From positions 4,352,001-4,416,000 of the forward strand of contig OZ244042.1 in assembly GCA_965215015.1 (NCBI GenBank): a stretch of 64,000 nucleotides of DNA. The letters are read 5' to 3'. This stretch comes from Candidatus Poribacteria bacterium. GTDB taxonomy: Bacteria; Poribacteria; WGA-4E; PCPOR2b. The position numbers were made by a program, and so were the translations under genes. A model generated the notes under the pieces. It saw only the letters and a list, made by a program, of their open reading frames with translations, did no database searches and was not told the origin of the DNA. Of the stretch, positions 58,999 through 64,000 are shown one piece after another (within the stretch, counting starts at the first letter, position 1; each line of letters starts with the position of its first letter).

Positions 58999-60090
58999 TT
59001 GAATTCCAAAGAAATTACACTATTCCAAGAAAACCTGCTCGTGTGGTTCGAGACCCATCGCCGCAACCTTCCTTGGCGCGACACCGAAGATCCCTACCGC
59101 ATTTGGGTTTCGGAGGTGATGCTCCAGCAAACACAGGTCAAGAAGGTGTTGGAGTATTATCAGAAGTTTGTGAGCAAGTTTCCCGATGTGCAGAGTCTAG
59201 CGGAGGCTGCGCTCCAGGATTTGTTAAAAACTTGGGAAGGATTGGGATACTATGCCAGAGCGCGGAATCTCCACAAAGCCGCCCAGGTTGTCGTCAGGGA
59301 TTTGGAGAGTGAGATACCTGCGGATTATGCTACGTTCCGAAAGCTGCCCGGTGTAGGGGAGTACATTGCTGCCGCGGTGCAGAGCATTGCGTTTAACCGT
59401 CCCCATGCTGCCGTAGATGGCAACGTTAAACGGGTGCTCGCGCGACTGTTTCTTATCAATGCACCGATCAACCAATCCGCTTCAGCAAAGATTTTTCAAG
59501 AGAAGGCGGATCTGTTGCTAGACCACATCGCGCCGGGGATTTTTAATCAGGCGATGATGGAGTTGGGAGCAACCGTTTGTCGTCCGCAATCACCGACCTG
59601 TATCCTTTGTCCGGTGAATACGGTTTGTCGTGCGTTTCAGACCGCTCGCCAAGAAGGATTTCCGGTCAGACGAAAACCGAAACCCCTTTCAGAGTACCAT
59701 ATCGTCGCAGGGGTCATCCACAAAGGCGACCAAGTTTTAATCACCCAACGTAAACCGGACGGCTTACTTGGTGGATTGTGGGAATTCCCCGGTGGAGAGA
59801 TTCACGCGAAAGAAACTGCCGAACAAGCTTGTAGCCGGGTAATTCGAGAAGAAACGAACCTTCTCGTTGAACCGGTCGAATACCTGATCCGCGTCAAACA
59901 TGCTTACACGCACTTTAAGATTACGATGGACGTTTTTCATTGTCATTATCGATCCGGCGAGGTTGTCTTGAACGATGCGGTGGATTATTGTTGGATTACC
60001 GTTGGTCAGATTGATCAGTTTCCATTTCCACGTTCTAACCATAAGTTTATTCCCCTGTTGACTCAGGGCAAGGAGGAGAGTAATGAGTAA
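58999..60090 (+). CDS. mutY: A/G-specific adenine DNA glycosylase
   Basis: LPWR, WVSEVMLQQTQV, GLGYYARARNL, LPGVGEY, VDGNV, Cx6Cx2Cx5C cluster, C-terminal MutT-like domain. Confidence 0.96.
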   Translation: MNSKEITLFQENLLVWFETHRRNLPWRDTEDPYRIWVSEVMLQQTQVKKVLEYYQKFVSKFPDVQSLAEAALQDLLKTWEGLGYYARARNLHKAAQVVVRDLESEIPADYATFRKLPGVGEYIAAAVQSIAFNRPHAAVDGNVKRVLARLFLINAPINQSASAKIFQEKADLLLDHIAPGIFNQAMMELGATVCRPQSPTCILCPVNTVCRAFQTARQEGFPVRRKPKPLSEYHIVAGVIHKGDQVLITQRKPDGLLGGLWEFPGGEIHAKETAEQACSRVIREETNLLVEPVEYLIRVKHAYTHFKITMDVFHCHYRSGEVVLNDAVDYCWITVGQIDQFPFPRSNHKFIPLLTQGKEESNE

Positions 60091-61210
60091 CGATGGTCTT
60101 AAGGTTTACCAAGATTTAGGTGTCAAACCTGTTATCAATGCAATGGGCTTCATGACAGTGCTTGGCGGTTCCCGGCCTTCATCGGGGGTTCAGGCGGCGA
60201 TGAATCACGCGAGCCGCTACTTCGCTGATATGGAGGAACTCCTGAAGAAAACGGGGGCCATCATCGCCGAGCTGCTGGGGGGTGAAGCCGCTTTGGTGAC
60301 ACCCGGTTGTGCGGCAGCACTTGCCTTGAGTTCAGCAACGTGCATGGCTGGAGATGACCCTGATAAGATTCAGCAACTGCCGGATACGACTGGGATGAAG
60401 GATGAAATCATCATCCAAAAATCGCAGCGATACCATTATGACCGGTGTATAACCATTTTTGGTGCCAAGATGATCGAGGCGGGCGATGAGCACACCACCG
60501 CAGCGCAGGTGGAGGCTGCTATCACTGACAAAACTGCCGCGATCCACTACGTCGCCCCTGGAGGTGGTGTAGGTGTTGTGTCGCTAGAAGAGGTTATCAG
60601 TATTGCTCACGCGCATGATATTCCGGTAATCGTTGACGCGGCGAGTCAGGTTTATCCACTAGATCAGATGCGTCGCTATCCGGCATCGGGTGCAGACTTG
60701 ATTGGCTATGGTGCGAAATACTTCGGTGCGTGTAACTCGACGGGTGTGTTATGCGGTCGGAAAGATTTGATAGATGCTGCTTTCGTGCATAGCTTCATCG
60801 GTTATGAAACCCAAGACTCGCGCTCAGTTGGCAGACCCTTGAAACTTGACCGTCAGGAGATTGTCGCCGTTGTTGCTGCGTTACGCGAGTGGTTTTCCAT
60901 GGACCACGCCGCACGAATCGCTGAACATGGGTGGAAAGCACGCGCCATTCAGGATTCCCTCAGTGGTGTTCCTCATATCACCTGTGAACCGGTTTCGGAT
61001 GAGAGGACACTCGGTAATGGGCTTATAGTAAAATTGGACGAGAGTGCGTTGGGTAAAACTGCTAGCGAAGTTGCTGCTGCCTTGCTCGATGGCGATCCGA
61101 GCGTTTATTTGCATGGCGGTAACGGTTCGCTGCACATCGCTGTCCCGAATCTGGTCGAAGATGATGTACAGGTCCTCGCAGATCGAGTGAGAGAAGTGCT
61201 CACAGCTTAG
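60083..61210 (+). CDS. SelA-like PLP-dependent enzyme (DgaE-like)
   Basis: LGVKPVINA.G..T.LGGS, VIVDAA, GADL...GAK, GRPLK; 375 aa, shorter than canonical SelA. Confidence 0.82.
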   Translation: MSNDGLKVYQDLGVKPVINAMGFMTVLGGSRPSSGVQAAMNHASRYFADMEELLKKTGAIIAELLGGEAALVTPGCAAALALSSATCMAGDDPDKIQQLPDTTGMKDEIIIQKSQRYHYDRCITIFGAKMIEAGDEHTTAAQVEAAITDKTAAIHYVAPGGGVGVVSLEEVISIAHAHDIPVIVDAASQVYPLDQMRRYPASGADLIGYGAKYFGACNSTGVLCGRKDLIDAAFVHSFIGYETQDSRSVGRPLKLDRQEIVAVVAALREWFSMDHAARIAEHGWKARAIQDSLSGVPHITCEPVSDERTLGNGLIVKLDESALGKTASEVAAALLDGDPSVYLHGGNGSLHIAVPNLVEDDVQVLADRVREVLTA

Positions 61211-61440
61211 GAAAATCGGTTATTGTAGCAGCAGGGAACAACAATCGTTGTTTCCTCGTTGGAAAACTAGGGCGTGTTGATATTTTGCTGTCGCCAATCC
61301 TGCAAACGCTGTAAGCCGAATCTGTCAAATGTGAACGGGCTCAGCCTGTAGGTCGAGATTCATATCTCGACAAAACACTATAACGCAATGTTGTAGGTAT
61401 TGTCGATTTTGGAAAATCAACCGACGATAGGGCTCCCCCA

Positions 61441-61549
61441 AATACCCGGTGGGTTGTCCGTCAACTCTAGGCGCATTGAGCCTGTTTCCCCTCCGCTTGC
61501 GGGGGGTTAGGGGGCTGATACCGTGTGGGTCAGGATTAGAAGGGGGTGC
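61441..61549. repeat. Compound dispersed repeat, copy 2 (inner REP inverted relative to copy 1)
   Basis: Outer arms match 15303-15414 in direct orientation. Confidence 0.75.
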
Positions 61550-61679
61550 CTGGCCAAAATACTGCCTTAAGTGCATTAATAGTGATTCAATTTGTCAAAT
61601 GTCAACAGAACCTAGGAACCTGTTCTTGCAATCCTTACAAGGGTTGTGGGCACTTTTGTTTTCTACAAGGAGATTATTT

Positions 61680-62624
61680 ATGCCACTATGGGAAAGGCAA
61701 ATCGAGGAATGGCTTACCGAGAAACCGCAAAGCACAGCGGCACCTGATTTTGAAGCGTTCTGGGAGGAAACACAATCGTTGGCTCAATCCCAACCGCTAA
61801 ATCCGGAGGCCGTCTCTGTGGATTACCCCTCAAAGAAGCTATCCGCCTATCAGGTCTCGTTCGATGCCTTTGATCGGGGTCGTATTCAGGCGTGGCTACT
61901 AGTACCTACTGCCTCTACCTCGGAGAAACTCCCCGCACTCCTCCGCTGGCACGACTACCTCGGTTTTCGTGGACGTATCTGCACACACCTGGCGTGGGCA
62001 CTTCAGGGATTCGTCGTGCTCGTGCCGGATATTCGGGGGCACGGGGATTCTTCCGACTTAACGCATTACTCGTGGGGCAACAACAAAGGCTACTTCCCTC
62101 AAGGCATCCAGGATCCGCACGAATACTATTTGCGCGGTTGCATCGCCGATGGGCTGCGAGCGGTTCAGTTTCTCAGTAGTCGTGAGGAAGTCGATGTAGA
62201 TCGGATTGGGATTATTGGAGACGGGTTAGGGGGGGTGGTTAGTTTATGGACCGCAGCATTTAACCCGCAGATCAACACAATTGCCCCAGTTGCCCCGTAT
62301 CCCTGCAATTGGGAGCGACATGTAGTCAGCGCAAGCAGTATTGCCGCGGCTGAAGTCAAGATTTACCTGACGCGCTATCCAGAACAGGAAGAGACGGTTT
62401 GGAATACGTTGAACTACTTTGACCCGGTCAATATCGCTCACCGTGTGAATTGCCCCTCGTTGTTCCCACTCGGTTTACAGGGCAACACCGCACCGCCTCA
62501 AGACTCGGTAGGTATCTACAACTTAGTCCGGGGTGAAAAGGAGCTAAAAGTACTGCCTTACGACGGGCATGGCGCGGGTATTGAAGAGTTGATTGGCTGG
62601 ATGCAAGAACGGTTAAAGCCGTAG
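61680..62624 (+). CDS. CE7 acetyl xylan esterase homologue lacking catalytic Ser/Asp
   Basis: PDFEAFWEET, DIRGHG, EVD.DRIG, L.YFD.VN; nucleophile elbow reads GDGLGG; ATG 61680 after AAGGAG. Confidence 0.85.
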   Translation: MPLWERQIEEWLTEKPQSTAAPDFEAFWEETQSLAQSQPLNPEAVSVDYPSKKLSAYQVSFDAFDRGRIQAWLLVPTASTSEKLPALLRWHDYLGFRGRICTHLAWALQGFVVLVPDIRGHGDSSDLTHYSWGNNKGYFPQGIQDPHEYYLRGCIADGLRAVQFLSSREEVDVDRIGIIGDGLGGVVSLWTAAFNPQINTIAPVAPYPCNWERHVVSASSIAAAEVKIYLTRYPEQEETVWNTLNYFDPVNIAHRVNCPSLFPLGLQGNTAPPQDSVGIYNLVRGEKELKVLPYDGHGAGIEELIGWMQERLKP

Positions 62625-62638
62625 CAAACCGTAAGGCG

Positions 62639-62711
62639 GTAGGGAGTAATAACCAATGAACTCAATATCTTTACCAACTTACATCAAAGGTTAATAGATA
62701 TTATTCCCTAC
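62639..62711. repeat. GTAGGG...CCCTAC REP-like inverted repeat
   Basis: GTAGGGAGTAATAA / TTATTCCCTAC arms; related elements near 51304 and 61230. Confidence 0.55.
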
Positions 62712-63000
62712 CATTGACGTACTCCCAAAGCGAAAACATTGGGATTTTTATCCGCTGTGCGAGCCAGATTTACACAAGGACCACTTGAATCTGACACCCA
62801 TGGGGGACGCCATAACCCCAACTACAGGGAATGAACCCTGATACTTTACTCTTTCGATTTCCTATGAACCGAAAGATCAGACAATCATACCATAAAACCC
62901 ACATGAATAAAAGAAAAAGTGCTAAAGCAGAGACTGTATCCCAAACCGAAAGGATTGGGATTTAGCCCTAATGGAAGGTTTTGTTAAGGAGATTTAGGCG

Positions 63001-63963
63001 ATGTGGACATTTGATTTGCCATTAGAAGAGCTGGAAATTTACAAACCACCCCGCACCGCACAGCCGGACTTCGAGGAGTTTTGGGAACGCACGAAAGCGG
63101 AGGGATCAGCACAACCGTTAAACCCTGAATTGGCACCTATTGATTATCCTGTAAAACGGGTTCAGGTCTTTTCTGCGACGTTTGATGGGTTCGCGGGGGG
63201 GAGCGACCAGCCACCACGAGCAGGGGGTTGGTTTTTCATTCCCGAAGACCCTGCCCCACGCCCGGCATTGGTCATCTACCACGGTTATCACGGCTATCGC
63301 GATAGAATCTCGACCCATTTGCCTTGGGCGTTGATGGGGTTCGTCGTGTTAGCGATGGATGTGCGGGGACGTGGCGAGGCACCGGACTGGACTGAGTATG
63401 AAGGGGGGCACGGACTCGGCTGGATGACGCGAGGTATCATGAACAAGGAGGAATACCTTTACCGTTTTGCCTACATGGACTGTGTGCGCGGTGTCGAATT
63501 TATCGCGGGCCGTCCGGAGGTAGATGCCAATCGGATTGGTGTGCTAGGGGGCTCGCAAGGAGGCGCGTTGAGCCTTGCTGTTGCTGCACTTAGCGATTTG
63601 CCCGCTATTGCGATGCCGATGGTTCCCTACCTATGCTACTATCCTGATGCTGTCAAGATGGCGCGAGAGAACCAGTATGGCGAGTTGAACAACTACTTCA
63701 TTCGGTATCCTGAACGGGAAACGGAGGGGATGAAGACGTTGAGTTACTTTGACAATATGAACCTTGCGCCGTGGATAACCTGTCCGACGCTGGTCTCTGT
63801 CGGTTTACGGGACACGACCTGTCCACCTTCTACTGTTTATGCTACCTATAACCATCTCACCTGCGAGAAGGAGATTTTGTATTACCCCTACGACATGCAC
63901 AGCGGTGGCGGCGATGCACACAGGGAACGGGTAATCGAGTGGGCGCATCGGCTGAATCCGTGA
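63001..63963 (+). CDS. CE7 acetyl xylan esterase / cephalosporin-C deacetylase
   Basis: FDLPLEEL..Y.P, PDFEEFW, YHGY, GGSQGG, GLRDTTCPPST, C-terminal His. Confidence 0.92.
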   Translation: MWTFDLPLEELEIYKPPRTAQPDFEEFWERTKAEGSAQPLNPELAPIDYPVKRVQVFSATFDGFAGGSDQPPRAGGWFFIPEDPAPRPALVIYHGYHGYRDRISTHLPWALMGFVVLAMDVRGRGEAPDWTEYEGGHGLGWMTRGIMNKEEYLYRFAYMDCVRGVEFIAGRPEVDANRIGVLGGSQGGALSLAVAALSDLPAIAMPMVPYLCYYPDAVKMARENQYGELNNYFIRYPERETEGMKTLSYFDNMNLAPWITCPTLVSVGLRDTTCPPSTVYATYNHLTCEKEILYYPYDMHSGGGDAHRERVIEWAHRLNP

Positions 63964-64000
63964 ATCGTTGCGACAGCTTCCTAATTGAGAAAACGGGAAA

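Noticed and set aside
60083-61210. selA and a selenocysteine system
   Set aside because: Shorter SelA-like family member; no selB, selD or tRNA-Sec in the window
61449-61679. 77-aa N-terminal extension of the first CE7 ORF
   Set aside because: It runs through a dispersed repeat; ATG 61680 has the SD and aligns with the paralogue start
196-63318. Numerous 60-170 aa ORFs overlapping or antisense to well-supported genes
   Set aside because: Shadow ORFs expected from codon bias; none has independent motif support

Overview
A 64-kb bacterial chromosomal window with moderate GC and no rRNA, tRNA or CRISPR array recognised. Housekeeping genes (leuC, thiOSG, rpsA, metK-ahcY, sat, modABC, hemY, mutY) are interleaved with many stand-alone catabolic enzymes (two PhyH dioxygenases, MDR/SDR/D-2-hydroxyacid dehydrogenases, an enolase-superfamily enzyme, a GGT, two CE7 esterases), a thioester alpha-2-macroglobulin, a pentahaem cytochrome, Sel1 proteins and pseudogenes, and dense REP/MITE-like intergenic repeats. 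This profile resembles Candidatus Poribacteria (inference only). Points worth a second look: (i) a decayed helicase plus type IIG-like methyltransferase locus with a REP palindrome in-frame in the MTase, an AT-rich specificity region, and a 5-copy ~228-bp tandem array of a small secreted-protein gene whose copies keep complementary pieces; (ii) an AT-rich two-gene cassette (possible ART-fold protein + DUF6575-like protein), a candidate undescribed TA/defence module; (iii) a CE7 esterase lacking its catalytic Ser and Asp beside an intact paralogue; (iv) tandem Rieske-fusion paralogues of unknown function; (v) a highly base-paired unannotated region between rpsA and metK, a candidate ncRNA; (vi) an orphan DNA methylase inside the thiamine operon. 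All family assignments are from visual motif recognition; no database searches were run.
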